The position numbers were made by a program, and so were the translations under genes. 64,000 nucleotides of DNA from Eubacteriales bacterium. Lineage in GTDB: Bacteria; Bacillota; Clostridia; Oscillospirales; CAG-272. The notes below the pieces were generated by a model that was given only the letters and a program-made list of their open reading frames with translations, was not told where the DNA came from and did no database searches. How positions within the stretch are numbered: position 1 is the first letter of the stretch; each line of letters opens with the position of its first letter. The stretch covers positions 8,023 to 72,022 of the forward strand of contig JAZNBB010000011.1 of assembly GCA_045586845.1 (NCBI GenBank), in the 5' to 3' direction. This document shows positions 1 through 10,778 of the stretch, piece by piece.

Positions 1-479
1 CAAACGTTCCGTACATCCTCCTCATTTCGGTACTGGTACTGATCTTCTCTCCCAGCTTCTCAACCATGGTATTCGCTTTGACTATTACGGGTTGGTTAGG
101 TATCGCCTACTTTATCCGAACTCAGGTCATCATTATCCGTGACCGTGAGTACAATCTGGCATCCAAGTGCCTGGGTACTCCCATTCTGCGCATTGCAATC
201 AAAAACATCTTGCCCTTCATGACGTCTGTTATCGTGACTTTGCTGGCTACTGAGATTCCTTCCTACATCTCCTACGAGGTATTCCTGTCCTATATTGGTA
301 TGGGTCTGAAGGATATGTCTTTGGGTAAACTGATCGAGTCCGCACAAAACGCCATGACCACTCCCGGCTGGGAACTGGAATTCTGGGCTCCCGTTTCCAT
401 TGCGTCCATCATTGCTGTGGTGCTGTACGTTGTTGGTCAAAACCTCGGTGACGCTTCGGATCCGAGAACGCATATGTAA
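1..479 (+). CDS. oppC: Oligopeptide ABC transporter permease, 5'-truncated by window edge
   Basis: EAA-loop-like 'REYNLASKCLGTP..RI..KNILP' and C-terminal 'GQNLGDASDPR'; directly upstream of oppD/oppF. Confidence 0.9.
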   Translation, partial: NVPYILLISVLVLIFSPSFSTMVFALTITGWLGIAYFIRTQVIIIRDREYNLASKCLGTPILRIAIKNILPFMTSVIVTLLATEIPSYISYEVFLSYIGMGLKDMSLGKLIESAQNAMTTPGWELEFWAPVSIASIIAVVLYVVGQNLGDASDPRTHM

Positions 480-491
480 GAGGTGACTGCT

Positions 492-2240
492 ATGGAAGAC
501 AAGAAAATTCTTTTATCTGTCAGAAACCTCAGCGTAAAATTCCGTGTCAGAGGACGTATTCTGACAGCGATCCGCAACGTATCCTTGGATCTTTATGAAA
601 ATGAATCCATCGCTATCGTAGGCGAATCCGGTTCGGGAAAATCCGTATTTACCAAAACCTTTGCAGGTATGCTGGAAACCAACGGCTATATCAGCGAAGG
701 ACAGCTCATCTACAACGACGAGGAACTTGCAAAGACCTCCGTATCCATCGGCACTGCGGAAAAGAACCGCATCAAGTCGATCTGGCAATCCCTGGACAAG
801 TCCTCCAAGCTGGAAGCAGGTGCGGAGATCTACCGCAAGATCGTTGCCCTGCAGGACGAGAACAAGCATCGTTCCCTGCTCTCGGATGAGGATTCCTTGG
901 CAATTGAAGCAAAGCTCAAAGACCTGCTCTTTAAGAAGACCGAGCAGTCCAACCTGCGTCTGACCTTGGATCGCAAGAAGGAGAAAGAGCGTTACAACAA
1001 CGTAACCGCCGAGATCAACCGCCTTTCTGCAGAGATTGACGCTGTGGAAAAGGATAAAAAGCAAAGAATTGCTGCCGCTGCTGCCGCTGCTAAAAAGGAC
1101 GAGGCGTACAACGCATCCTTCAAGGCAGAAATGGACAAGCTGCAGGAAGCCTACAAAAAAGCGATCTCGGGAGAGATCTCCAAGGAGGCTCACGAGCGCA
1201 ACGGTATTATTGCCAAGGAGATCTACCTCTCTGTCGGTCGTTACGGTGCAACCAAACGTAATCAGTTCATTCGTCAGCTTTGCAAGTCCTGCCGCGAAGC
1301 TATGCGTCAAGGCTTGAATTTGTACGATGAGGAAGTACGCAACACCGTATTTGACAGTGTGGTATTCCGTGTAAAGCTGTTGGAAGAGACCGATAACGAG
1401 CTTAAGGGTACCTGTATTCTGGATCTGGCAAAGATTCATTTTGCCAAGGACTGGAACCAGATCCGCGGCGGTCGTATCGCTACGGTATTCCAGGATCCTA
1501 TGACATCGCTCAACCCCATCATCACCATCGGCAAGCAGATATCCTCTATTATTCTCAAGCACCAAAACTGCTCCGAAACAGAAGCTCGTATGCGTGCTTT
1601 GGAGCTGATGAGAAAAGTTGGTATTCCTAACGCCGAAAACCGTTTCGACGATTATCCCTTCCAATACTCGGGCGGTATGAGACAGCGTATCGTTATTGCG
1701 ATCGCCCTTTCCTGCCAGCCCAAGATCCTGATTTGCGACGAGCCCACCACTGCTTTGGATGTGACCATTCAGGCACAGATCCTCAAGCTAATCAAGGACC
1801 TGCAGAAGGAGTTTAATTACACCATCGTCTTTATCACCCACGACCTTGGCGTGGTGGCAAACGTTGCCGACCGCGTTGCCGTGCTGTATGCCGGTCAGAT
1901 CGTGGAGCTGGGTACGGTGGAGGAAGTTTTCTATGACCCCCGCCATCCCTACACTTGGGCACTCCTGTCCTCTCTGCCCCAGTTGGCTCAGCGCAATACC
2001 AAGCTGTACTCCATTTCGGGTACGCCTCCTTCCCTCTATAACGAGATCGTGGGAGATGCCTTTGCGCCGAGAAATCCCCATTGCCTGAAGATCGATACGC
2101 TCAAGGAGCCTCCGCTGTTCCAAGTTTCCGAAACGCATTTCGCAAAGACTTGGTTGTTGGATCCCAGAGCACCTAAGATCTCCAAGCCCGAAGCCATTGA
2201 GGACATCCACGAAAAGCTCATGAAAACGTTCAATATTTAA
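492..2240 (+). CDS. oppD: Oligopeptide ABC transporter ATPase with a large internal insertion
   Basis: Walker A GESGSGKS, '[10 protein letters not shown]', signature YSGGMRQR, Walker [12 protein letters not shown]-terminal HPYT; ATG at 492 after GAGGTG. Confidence 0.92.
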   Translation: MEDKKILLSVRNLSVKFRVRGRILTAIRNVSLDLYENESIAIVGESGSGKSVFTKTFAGMLETNGYISEGQLIYNDEELAKTSVSIGTAEKNRIKSIWQSLDKSSKLEAGAEIYRKIVALQDENKHRSLLSDEDSLAIEAKLKDLLFKKTEQSNLRLTLDRKKEKERYNNVTAEINRLSAEIDAVEKDKKQRIAAAAAAAKKDEAYNASFKAEMDKLQEAYKKAISGEISKEAHERNGIIAKEIYLSVGRYGATKRNQFIRQLCKSCREAMRQGLNLYDEEVRNTVFDSVVFRVKLLEETDNELKGTCILDLAKIHFAKDWNQIRGGRIATVFQDPMTSLNPIITIGKQISSIILKHQNCSETEARMRALELMRKVGIPNAENRFDDYPFQYSGGMRQRIVIAIALSCQPKILICDEPTTALDVTIQAQILKLIKDLQKEFNYTIVFITHDLGVVANVADRVAVLYAGQIVELGTVEEVFYDPRHPYTWALLSSLPQLAQRNTKLYSISGTPPSLYNEIVGDAFAPRNPHCLKIDTLKEPPLFQVSETHFAKTWLLDPRAPKISKPEAIEDIHEKLMKTFNI

Positions 2241-2253
2241 GGAGGGCGTGACT

Positions 2254-3570
2254 GTGAAGAATACAACTGATACTAAAAAGCGCCGCTCCAAAGGGTTCCC
2301 CGAGCACGGTCCGCTCGATGCCAACGGCAGAGAGATCCTGCTCTCTCTGAAAAACGTGGACATCACTTTTGGCAAGGGTGAAAACGCTGTTCGCGCCGTT
2401 AAGAACGCCAGCTTTGACATTTATAAGGGCGAAACATTCTCCTTGGTAGGTGAATCGGGATCCGGTAAGACCACCATCGGTCGTGCCGTGATCCGCGTCA
2501 ATCCCTGCGCAGCCGGTGAAATCCAGTATAAGGGCAAGAGAATTTCGGGAAAGCTTTCCCGTACCATGGATAAGGAAGTCATCCGTAACATCCAGATGAT
2601 CTTCCAGGATCCCGCCGCTTCCCTGAATGAACGCGCTACGGTTGATTACATCGTATCCGAGGGCCTTTACAACTTCCGCCTTTTCGAAAACGAGGCGGAT
2701 CGTGTGGCAAAGGTAGAGAAAATGATCGAGGAGGTTGGTCTGCTGCCCGAGCATCTGACCAGATACCCCCATGAATTCTCGGGCGGTCAGAGACAGCGTA
2801 TCGGTATTGCCCGTGCTATGGTCATGGAGCCCGAACTGGTGGTTGCCGACGAACCTATCTCCGCACTGGACGTTTCGATCCGCGCGCAGGTACTCAACCT
2901 TCTCAAGAAGTTCCAGAAGGAACGCCAGATCACCTATTTGTTCATCGCGCACGACCTCTCTATCGTTCGTTTCATTTCCGACCGAATCGGCGTTATCTAT
3001 AAGGGCGATATCGTAGAGGTTGCAGAGGCAGAAGAACTGTTCGACTATCCCCTGCACCCCTATACCAGATCGTTGATCTCTGCTATTCCGATCCCCGATC
3101 CTCAGCTGGAGAAAAACAAGGTTCTGTTTACCTACGATCCTTCCGTGCACGATTACAGCGAGAATAAACCCTCACTGCAAGAGGTCAGCCCCGGCCACTT
3201 TGTATTCGGTAACGATGCCGAGATTGAGGAATATCGTAAGATCCGCAACAGCGGCGTTCCGCTCAAGTCTATTACTATTGCAGATCCTTCTGCAGAAGAC
3301 TACGTTGCCGATCAACCCCGGAACGATCAAGATGCAAAATCCAAGAGCGAGTTTGACCTTCTCCCCCCCAGACATGATACGGGCAGCAAACTCTACATGA
3401 TCGGATCCTTCCTGCTCCCTGTGTTGGGTCTTATCGCATACTTCCTGTTTAAGCGTTTCAAACACAAGAGAAATGCGAAAGCATGTCTGCGTGGTGCAAT
3501 TGCCGGTTTTGCCGTACCTGTCATTCTTGCAGCGCTCTTGGGGATCCTTATCCTCATCGCTATTATTTAA
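2254..3570 (+). CDS. oppF: Oligopeptide ABC transporter ATPase with a C-terminal membrane extension
   Basis: [29 protein letters not shown]; GTG 2254 has the best spacing from GGAGG; two hydrophobic helices at the C-terminus. Confidence 0.9.
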   Translation: MKNTTDTKKRRSKGFPEHGPLDANGREILLSLKNVDITFGKGENAVRAVKNASFDIYKGETFSLVGESGSGKTTIGRAVIRVNPCAAGEIQYKGKRISGKLSRTMDKEVIRNIQMIFQDPAASLNERATVDYIVSEGLYNFRLFENEADRVAKVEKMIEEVGLLPEHLTRYPHEFSGGQRQRIGIARAMVMEPELVVADEPISALDVSIRAQVLNLLKKFQKERQITYLFIAHDLSIVRFISDRIGVIYKGDIVEVAEAEELFDYPLHPYTRSLISAIPIPDPQLEKNKVLFTYDPSVHDYSENKPSLQEVSPGHFVFGNDAEIEEYRKIRNSGVPLKSITIADPSAEDYVADQPRNDQDAKSKSEFDLLPPRHDTGSKLYMIGSFLLPVLGLIAYFLFKRFKHKRNAKACLRGAIAGFAVPVILAALLGILILIAII

Positions 3571-3629
3571 TCAAGTAACCGCATGGCCCGGCAACGGGTC
3601 ATGCGGTTGTAATACCTTTGGAGGTTTTT

Positions 3630-4874
3630 ATGCGTCTGTTCAAAAAGAAAAAGGAACAATTAGAACTGGAAGTATCCGAAAAGCACGTGGGACTCCGCCT
3701 CATCCTCGCCATGGTGTTTCTGGTGATCGGACTGGGTGCCTTGGGCTTTTTTCTGTTCCGGCTTTTGGGGGAAGACCCGGGTTGGCAGACCATTGAGCTC
3801 TCCAACAAGAGCCTTGTTTCGGAACAGGAAATCATTTTTGAGTATGATCTGGGACGCGGTGAGCTTTCAGCAGCAGCTGAAAAGCGAGATCTGCAAAAGG
3901 CGTACACCACTGCTATGGAGCGAGTATATAAGCTCTTTAATGCCCGCAATGGGTATGAAGGGCTGGTAAATATGCACTATATCAGCCTGCATCCAAACCG
4001 CGTGCTGACAGTAGATCCCGACCTTTATGCCGCTTTCGCCTTAGCGGAGGCACATGGAGACCGTTCTGTATATTATGCACCTATCCAGGAACAGTATCGC
4101 AATCTGTTCTCCTGTACTGACGATATTACTGCCGCAACTCTTGATCCATATAAAGATCAAGAAACTCTCGCTTTGGTGACAAAGCTGGCTGAATATTCCA
4201 ATAACCCCTCAGACATCCGCGTGGATCTGCTGGGAAACAATCAGATCCAACTGACTGTATCGGATACGTATCTTGCCTATGCGCAGGAGCACGGCATAGA
4301 ACTTCTCGTAGATTTTTCTTGGCTAACCAACGCTTTTGTATTGGACTGTGTTGCCGATGAGCTGATCTACCAAGGATTTACCCGCGGCTATCTCATTTCT
4401 TACGACGGCTACGCCCGATATCTGGACGCGGATAACAACGCTTACACCGTTCGAATTTTCGACCGTGTGGATACTACCGTATACCCTGCGGCTATCTTCG
4501 AATACAAAAACATCCGATCCTTGGTACAACTCAGGGACTACCCTCTGAATACGTTTGGAGCAGCCGACTACTACGGCTACGCAGACGGTAGCCATGCCTC
4601 GAGATTTTTAGGACAGAACGGTCTGTACCAAACAGCTCTCCATGATCTCACCGCCTATTCCTCCAATAAGGGCTGTGCAGAGACAGCACTGACCTTGTCC
4701 CCCGCCTTTATTGCTAAGGAGTTGGATCAAGCCAAGCTTACAACAGCAGCAGAGCAAGGAATTTTTGCTGTGTGGTGCACGGATCGAGTGATCCGCTTTA
4801 CAGACACGGCACTTGACCTAAGGGAGCTATATGAGCATGACGACATTCGCTATACCGTTATGCCCCGTCCGTAA
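3630..4874 (+). CDS. Membrane-anchored ApbE-like (FAD:protein FMN transferase family) protein, divergent
   Basis: N-terminal TM; 'NMHYISLHPN..LTVDPDLY..F', 'VDFSWLTNAFVLD..ADEL...G' resemble the ApbE core; the ATSG and HIIDP motifs are not evident. Confidence 0.55.
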   Translation: MRLFKKKKEQLELEVSEKHVGLRLILAMVFLVIGLGALGFFLFRLLGEDPGWQTIELSNKSLVSEQEIIFEYDLGRGELSAAAEKRDLQKAYTTAMERVYKLFNARNGYEGLVNMHYISLHPNRVLTVDPDLYAAFALAEAHGDRSVYYAPIQEQYRNLFSCTDDITAATLDPYKDQETLALVTKLAEYSNNPSDIRVDLLGNNQIQLTVSDTYLAYAQEHGIELLVDFSWLTNAFVLDCVADELIYQGFTRGYLISYDGYARYLDADNNAYTVRIFDRVDTTVYPAAIFEYKNIRSLVQLRDYPLNTFGAADYYGYADGSHASRFLGQNGLYQTALHDLTAYSSNKGCAETALTLSPAFIAKELDQAKLTTAAEQGIFAVWCTDRVIRFTDTALDLRELYEHDDIRYTVMPRP

Positions 4875-4885
4875 AGGAGGCTTAA

Positions 4886-5395
4886 ATGCAGATTCAATTC
4901 CGATACGGCGACAAAACGCTCAAGCAAGATTGGCTCCCTTCTATCTTTGAGATCCTGTACGACAATATGAGCATTATCGCTCCCACAGGTCGTACGTTTG
5001 AACAGGATTACGCAGAGTGGCACGCTCAGGTTTCCCCCGCTTTGGAAAAAGATCCTCGCAAGGTCATACTGATATATGATCAGGATCACCTGATCGGATA
5101 TTTCCAGTACTATGTTAATGCCGGGGAATCTCTATTTATGATGGAGGAGATTCAGATCAGACGCAAATACCATGGCACGGGCGTGTTCCAAGCCTTTTAC
5201 ACGTGGTTTTTGCCTCTTCTCCCTTGCAATATACAAAAGGTAGAGGCGTATGCGCACAAGAAGAATGTCAAATCCCATGGCATTCTTACCCATTTGGGTC
5301 TGTCTCCCGTAAACGATCTTGACCAAGGTCAAACGGTCCATTACTGCGGAGATTTCTCAGCTCTGTTGAAAAGATTTCCTCCCAACAATCCGTAA
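4886..5395 (+). CDS. GNAT family N-acetyltransferase
   Basis: 'EEIQIRRKYHGTG' acetyl-CoA loop and 'N..S..IL..LG' motif; AAGGAGG SD. Confidence 0.75.
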   Translation: MQIQFRYGDKTLKQDWLPSIFEILYDNMSIIAPTGRTFEQDYAEWHAQVSPALEKDPRKVILIYDQDHLIGYFQYYVNAGESLFMMEEIQIRRKYHGTGVFQAFYTWFLPLLPCNIQKVEAYAHKKNVKSHGILTHLGLSPVNDLDQGQTVHYCGDFSALLKRFPPNNP

Positions 5396-5404
5396 AACAC
5401 CGTA

Positions 5405-5433
5405 AAAGGGTACGCTGCTGCGTACCCTTTTTT
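5405..5433 (+). terminator. Rho-independent terminator
   Basis: AAAAGGGTACGC-tgct-GCGTACCCTTTT followed by more T. Confidence 0.75.
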
Positions 5434-5521
5434 CTTCGCCGATGCGTCCCCTCTTGCATTTCGCGTTCCTGTATGCTATAATGAAAACAGCCCCCCAAAA
5501 ATTCAAAACGGAGGAACTATT

Positions 5522-7189
5522 ATGCGTTACGTTGTTGTTGATGCTACAGAATTTGCCTATCCTGATCGGTGGGAGTATGCGTCGGCTGCCAATACCGTGT
5601 TGCTAGACTCGCCGCGCGGCACCTATGCGACCTTTCAGATCCTTGTGGACGGACTCTGCGCCGATCACGTCAAGGAAAACTGGCTACCTGAAGCGATCTA
5701 CAAGGCCCCTGCCCTTTTGGAGCAAGCAAAGATCGGATTCCCGCGCACAAGAGGCGTCAGTATCAGGACCGACCTGCCCTACCCCGTGGAGTGGTACGCG
5801 CTCGTGCCTGTCACGGTTGAGCAAAACTACGGTCTTGCCGAGGCGGACGTCAAGCCGCCGCACTTTCCCGTGCGCATGGGTCCATTCCGCGTGTACGACT
5901 GCCTACGCCCCTTTGATGGCACCTTGGACGTAGGAGTAGGCGACGGCAGAGAGTATGATACTGACATCGGCGGCATTTTCGGTGCTGTCGTCATTCCCGC
6001 AGATGCTACCCCCGGCACATATACCGCCACCGTTGAGATCACGGCAAGCGGGCAGAGCGTTTCCGTGCCGCTTTCGCTGACCGTTTATAAGGCGACTGTA
6101 CCCAAAGAATCCCTGACCATCATTCAGGGATACAACGCGGACTGCGTGGCAAGATACCACGGCGTCAAATATGGCTCGGACGCATATTACGCGCTGGACG
6201 ATGCTTACGTAGGGGCGCTGCGCAGAATGCGACAGAACATGACCTACACGGGCGGCGTCAAGGTGACCGAGGTGGGCAAAAACCAATATGAATTTGATTT
6301 TACTGCCATGGAGCAGGACATGCGCCGCAAGCTGGCACAGGGCATCAAGTGCTTCAACGGACCGTCCGTTGGCTGGCGGCAGAGCTGGCACAGCTCGACC
6401 ATTTTGGTCAATAACACCATTCCCGCCATGAGCTATGAGGGCTACTGTTACCTTGTACAATACCTGCCCGCCCTGCACGATATGCTTGCGCGCAACGGCT
6501 GGCTTGACATATTCATGATGGGCATTGCCGACGAGCCCAATGCCGAAAACTGCACCGAATGGCGTGCACTTGCAGGATTGGTACACAAAATCGTGCCCGA
6601 CATCAAGCTGATCGATGCCATGAGCTACGGCAACATTCACGGTGCGCTTGACATCTGGGTGCCGCTCAACATGGAATACGACAAACATCAAGCCGAGATC
6701 GAAACGCTCCGACAGCAGGGTGATGAGATCTGGCACTACGTTTGCTGTGGACCGCGCAGCGAGTGCTACATCAACCGCTTCCTTGACTATCCTCTGCTCT
6801 CCACGCGATACCTGTTCTGGGGCAACTATCGCCACTCGCTGACAGGATACCTGCATTGGGCTGCCAACTGCTATCAGCCCGGACAGGACCCGTTCCGTCA
6901 GAACTGTCCCGAGCACACCAACACCGACTCCACCATCTTTCTGCCCCCGGGAGATACGCATCTGATCTACCCCGGCGAGCACGGTCCTTGGCTGTCCGCC
7001 CGAGGCGAGGCGCAGCGCATGGGCACCGAGGAATACGAGATGCTCAGTGAGCTTGCAAAGACCGACAAGCAGACCGCCGACGAGATCTGCCAAAAGGTGT
7101 TCCGCTCATTTTGCGACGTAGAATACGACGTGGCAAAATTCCGCGCGGCGAGAGTGCAATTGCTTGAAGCGTTGAGTGGCATTGCATAA
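5522..7189 (+). CDS. DUF4091-domain glycoside hydrolase (GH123-like)
   Basis: 'IADEPN' acidic pair, 'WHYVCCGP', 'NRFLDYP', 'GYLHWAAN', 'PGDTHLIYPG..GP..S.R.E..R.G.EEYE'. Confidence 0.8.
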   Translation: MRYVVVDATEFAYPDRWEYASAANTVLLDSPRGTYATFQILVDGLCADHVKENWLPEAIYKAPALLEQAKIGFPRTRGVSIRTDLPYPVEWYALVPVTVEQNYGLAEADVKPPHFPVRMGPFRVYDCLRPFDGTLDVGVGDGREYDTDIGGIFGAVVIPADATPGTYTATVEITASGQSVSVPLSLTVYKATVPKESLTIIQGYNADCVARYHGVKYGSDAYYALDDAYVGALRRMRQNMTYTGGVKVTEVGKNQYEFDFTAMEQDMRRKLAQGIKCFNGPSVGWRQSWHSSTILVNNTIPAMSYEGYCYLVQYLPALHDMLARNGWLDIFMMGIADEPNAENCTEWRALAGLVHKIVPDIKLIDAMSYGNIHGALDIWVPLNMEYDKHQAEIETLRQQGDEIWHYVCCGPRSECYINRFLDYPLLSTRYLFWGNYRHSLTGYLHWAANCYQPGQDPFRQNCPEHTNTDSTIFLPPGDTHLIYPGEHGPWLSARGEAQRMGTEEYEMLSELAKTDKQTADEICQKVFRSFCDVEYDVAKFRAARVQLLEALSGIA

Positions 7190-7292
7190 CACAAATTGGG
7201 CGGCATTTTGAGTAGATCCGGGCTTGCGAAACAGAAAAACGTTTGCAAAAATACAGTACAATCAACCATTCAGTAACAAAAGGAGCACGAGT

Positions 7293-7766
7293 ATGCAATA
7301 TTCTTCTGTCAATCGGCTTGGGGATTTTGAATTTCACGATGCCGAGCTATCTTTGCTCTCATGGGAAGACGACCGGCTGGCCGTTTGTGCCAAATACCTG
7401 AACATGCACAAGGACGCCACTCCCGATCATGCGGACGCGGATATGGAGATTGCAAAGGCCATTATTACCTTTTGCGGATTTGATCTGAAGGAATTTGAGC
7501 CCAGCCGCGTCTGGAAAAGAGACGAGCATGGCAACGCGTACACGGACGATCCGCTCTTCATTCACACAGGTGCTCTTGCCCAAAGCATGCTGAAGATCGA
7601 ATTGCAACATACCGTTACGGTAATGGGCATTGCTTACGTGGATGGCACATACGACCTTGGTGCATGCGGGATCGATCCCTATTTCTCTGCCCGCTTCACC
7701 TTTTTGGATGTCAGAATTGAATGGGACTCCTACCGCCAAAAGGCGTGGTATGAACGTAGACGTTGA
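7293..7766 (+). CDS. Hypothetical protein
   Basis: AAAGGAG SD before ATG 7293; 157 aa beginning 'MQYSSVNRLGDFEFHDA'. Confidence 0.7.
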   Translation: MQYSSVNRLGDFEFHDAELSLLSWEDDRLAVCAKYLNMHKDATPDHADADMEIAKAIITFCGFDLKEFEPSRVWKRDEHGNAYTDDPLFIHTGALAQSMLKIELQHTVTVMGIAYVDGTYDLGACGIDPYFSARFTFLDVRIEWDSYRQKAWYERRR

Positions 7767-7840
7767 CGTCAACGATACAAGCTGTTTGCAACACTGCTAT
7801 CTTTCCCAATCTGTATACAATCCTCTTGCACAGTCAAAAA

Positions 7841-7868
7841 CGACCCGTCGGGTAACCGACGGGTCGCC
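7841..7868. terminator. Bidirectional terminator between convergent genes
   Basis: CGACCCGTCGG-gtaa-CCGACGGGTCG with A-run upstream and T-run downstream. Confidence 0.75.
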
Positions 7869-7878
7869 GCTTTTTTAC

Positions 7879-9603
7879 TTACTCTTTTCTTTTCCACTCC
7901 CGCACAATGCGGATGTCGCCCTTCTGCCAGGTCACATCCAGCATGTCACCCGGACGCACCAGCACGATCTGTTCATTCTCCTCGGTAAACGCCACGCGGT
8001 ATACAGCACCGTCCTCTGCCGTGATATACGCGTAGGTGATACCGTCCAGCGTCAAGAATTGCACATCCGCAACCGTCACGCTTCCCTGCTCTGTTTCAAC
8101 GGGTCCCTGCACGTCCACACCGCTTTGCGACAGCATTTTCAGATATGCTGCCACCGCATCCTGCTGCGTTTCTCCCGTGGCAACCATGGTATACTGACGC
8201 ACGTTGACAAGCGCATACAGCTTGACAAGTCCGTTGTTATCCTTGAGCACCATGATATAGGTGGGCACACTCGAGATATTGACCAAGGACGGGAAAGACG
8301 CCACGTATTCCTTTTCCTGTACCTCACCCTCGGCAGCATGCATAGCAGAATGCTCCTCTGCCCCAATCACGGGATAAAATCTGTACTCACCCGTGCGTGC
8401 GTTGGACAGAATAAAGCCGATATTGGAAGCATCCGAGGTCACCGAGGTAACACCGGTGAAATACCATACGTCATCGTCGAACATCAGATATCCAAAATCA
8501 TCGGTGGTCTGCTTACATCCCTTGTTGCCAATAATGCTGTTGATAAAGCCACCGGAATACAGACCCTGCCAATCGTATTTTTCGCAGGCGAGATCGCCGT
8601 CAAACACCACGTCCACCCATTGCGGTACGTCCTTGACGGCATACAGTGTGCTGCTGCCATCCAGAGGATTGAAAATAATCAACTCTTCTACGTCGTACGC
8701 ACCAAACAGCCCCACGCGAGGGGCAAAGCAGGAAATGCAATAGTAGGGGTTCCCTTCCTCGTCCACCTCAAAGCTGACGTCCTGCATATCAAAGATCTTA
8801 GTAGGATAATCAAAGCGCAGCTTGCGCATCAGATCGTCCTCAAAAAAGCCGCTTTGCGCATAGCGAATGCCTTCCTTGACCTCATAATATTCGGCGGTAT
8901 TGCCCAGCGTATCCACCATAATGTAACCCGGAATGCCGTTTGCACGGTTGCCGATCCACTTGAAAAAGCCATCGTATTCCAAATGCGTGATCTTGATGGG
9001 CTTGCCGTGATAGTTGATCTGCGTATAATCATCACTGACCACGTATTGAGAAACCACGTTTGACAAAGCGCCCAGCTTGCGGTCGCCCAGCATACGCGCA
9101 GAATCGGTATCCATAAGCGCGATGTTGGTGATCTCCTTGGTTTCGGGCATATCCGCTTCAAAATCACGCTCCTCGACGGTGATGATCCCGGCGTAGTTGG
9201 TGGCGTTGAGCACGACCGACGAGATCACGGTGCCGCCTACCAGAACCACGATCGGAACTGCGATCATCACACACATAATAATCGAAAGCGCGCCCTTGCC
9301 AAACAGCCGCTTCCAGGACGGAGCCTTGGCAGTCATGCGCCCACCGCGGAACAAATCGCCAAGGTCAATACTCTTGATGAACAGACGGAATGGCGAAAAA
9401 TCCAAAGCACGCAGTGCAAAAGCAAGACACACCGCACCAAACAGCATAAAAAACCAAAACTGCTCACTCATAGGATTGAGTGGCGGAAGCAGAAAATAAT
9501 AGTACACGCCAATCAGCGCCCCTGCTAACAAAAGTCTCAACAAGGTAAAGATAACAGAGTTGATTTTATCGGGAGCGGGTTGCGTTTGATGTTTCTTAAC
9601 CAT
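7879..9603 (-). CDS. Conserved hypothetical membrane protein with a large extracellular domain
   Basis: Three N-terminal TM segments then a ~430 aa soluble region; GGAGGG SD before ATG 9603. Confidence 0.8.
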   Translation of the reverse strand: MVKKHQTQPAPDKINSVIFTLLRLLLAGALIGVYYYFLLPPLNPMSEQFWFFMLFGAVCLAFALRALDFSPFRLFIKSIDLGDLFRGGRMTAKAPSWKRLFGKGALSIIMCVMIAVPIVVLVGGTVISSVVLNATNYAGIITVEERDFEADMPETKEITNIALMDTDSARMLGDRKLGALSNVVSQYVVSDDYTQINYHGKPIKITHLEYDGFFKWIGNRANGIPGYIMVDTLGNTAEYYEVKEGIRYAQSGFFEDDLMRKLRFDYPTKIFDMQDVSFEVDEEGNPYYCISCFAPRVGLFGAYDVEELIIFNPLDGSSTLYAVKDVPQWVDVVFDGDLACEKYDWQGLYSGGFINSIIGNKGCKQTTDDFGYLMFDDDVWYFTGVTSVTSDASNIGFILSNARTGEYRFYPVIGAEEHSAMHAAEGEVQEKEYVASFPSLVNISSVPTYIMVLKDNNGLVKLYALVNVRQYTMVATGETQQDAVAAYLKMLSQSGVDVQGPVETEQGSVTVADVQFLTLDGITYAYITAEDGAVYRVAFTEENEQIVLVRPGDMLDVTWQKGDIRIVREWKRKE

Positions 9604-9726
9604 AGAAAGGCCCTCCATCCGTTTTTATCATTATAGCACACCTGCATGCACATGTCAACGCTCATAAGCATCGAGCATTTATTATGTTAATTTATCATAT
9701 TATCATATAGAAAAGGGGGGATACGC

Positions 9727-10236
9727 TTGCGCAAAATCATTGGATATTTAGTATGCTTGCCGCTTGTTTTTTCACTTTGCAGCTGCGCCAAACAGAATGT
9801 AACCGTCGAACAGATATTGCTCGCCCTGACCGAGGCTGAAATCGGCTTGCCTGCGGGGCAGATATACTTATCCTCAGCCTCAGAGGAACAAGCGACATAT
9901 CTTTCGCCCGACTTGATCGCCGCCCTATACGGACAGGGAGAACCGCCATGGCAGCTCTCCCTGATAGAGGATTACGGGTTATTTTTAAGCACAGCACAGC
10001 ACCCTTGCGAATTTGCAGTATTTCGCTGCTATGCGCACAGCGACACCGATGAGGTTGCCGCCATGTGCCACGTGCGGCTGGACGCGCTGCGCATCCATTA
10101 CAAGGACACGCAGTATGCGACGCAGTATGCGTACTACGTGCAGAACGCGCGCGTGGTCGTGATCGGCAATTACGTCCTTTTGCTAATCAGCTCAGACCCC
10201 GAGCACGCCTTCCGTGCAGCCAAAGGGGTAATTTAA
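9727..10236 (+). CDS. Putative lipoprotein (DUF4358-like)
   Basis: Lipobox 'LCSC'; C-terminal 'NARVVVIGNYVLLLIS.D'. Confidence 0.6.
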   Translation: MRKIIGYLVCLPLVFSLCSCAKQNVTVEQILLALTEAEIGLPAGQIYLSSASEEQATYLSPDLIAALYGQGEPPWQLSLIEDYGLFLSTAQHPCEFAVFRCYAHSDTDEVAAMCHVRLDALRIHYKDTQYATQYAYYVQNARVVVIGNYVLLLISSDPEHAFRAAKGVI

Positions 10237-10685
10237 TGTGCAAACAACGTGATCACGTAATAGATCACGCCCCAAACTGCACCGCTGACCACACCGTACA
10301 GCAATACGGGACCTGCAACCGTGAATATCTTTGCACCTACGCCTAAGATCAAACCCTCGGATTTTGCATCCAAGGCAGGTGACACAACGGCGTTGGCAAA
10401 GCCCGTAATGGGTACCAACGTGCCTGCTCCGGCATGCTTGGCAATATTATCGAACACCCCAAGACCTGTGAGCAATACGGCAAGAGCAACCAACGTCACA
10501 GATACAAGCGTTGCGCTGCTCTCTTTCTCCATACCGCATACCTCACCGTATACCCACATAAGCAGCTGGGCAAAGGCACAAATGCCGCCGCCCACACAAA
10601 ACGCCCACACGCAATCCTTTGCCACGGGTGAGCGTGGCGCACGTGCGCGGACGTATTTTTGATATTGCTTTTTATCCATGTTCAT
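10233..10685 (-). CDS. spoVAC: Stage V sporulation protein AC (SpoVAC/AEB family)
   Basis: 'AFCVGGGIC', 'HAGAGTLVPITGFANAVVSPA', 'EGLILGVGAKIFTVAGPV'. Confidence 0.92.
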   Translation of the reverse strand: MNMDKKQYQKYVRARAPRSPVAKDCVWAFCVGGGICAFAQLLMWVYGEVCGMEKESSATLVSVTLVALAVLLTGLGVFDNIAKHAGAGTLVPITGFANAVVSPALDAKSEGLILGVGAKIFTVAGPVLLYGVVSGAVWGVIYYVITLFAH

Positions 10686-10748
10686 AAACGTTGTCCTCTC
10701 TCGCTGACCCCTCAATCAACAGATCGGTCAGCGAACGTGATACACAAA

Positions 10749-10778
10749 CAGTATGCAAAACAGCCTGCCGCATTATTC
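10749..10778 (-). promoter_or_regulatory. Putative SigG-type forespore promoter for spoVAC, overlapping the upstream gene's terminator hairpin
   Basis: Minus strand GAATA-N18-CATACTG is close to the SigG consensus GHATA-N18-CATAHTA; overlaps hairpin CAGCCTGCCG..CGGCAGGCTG. Confidence 0.45.
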
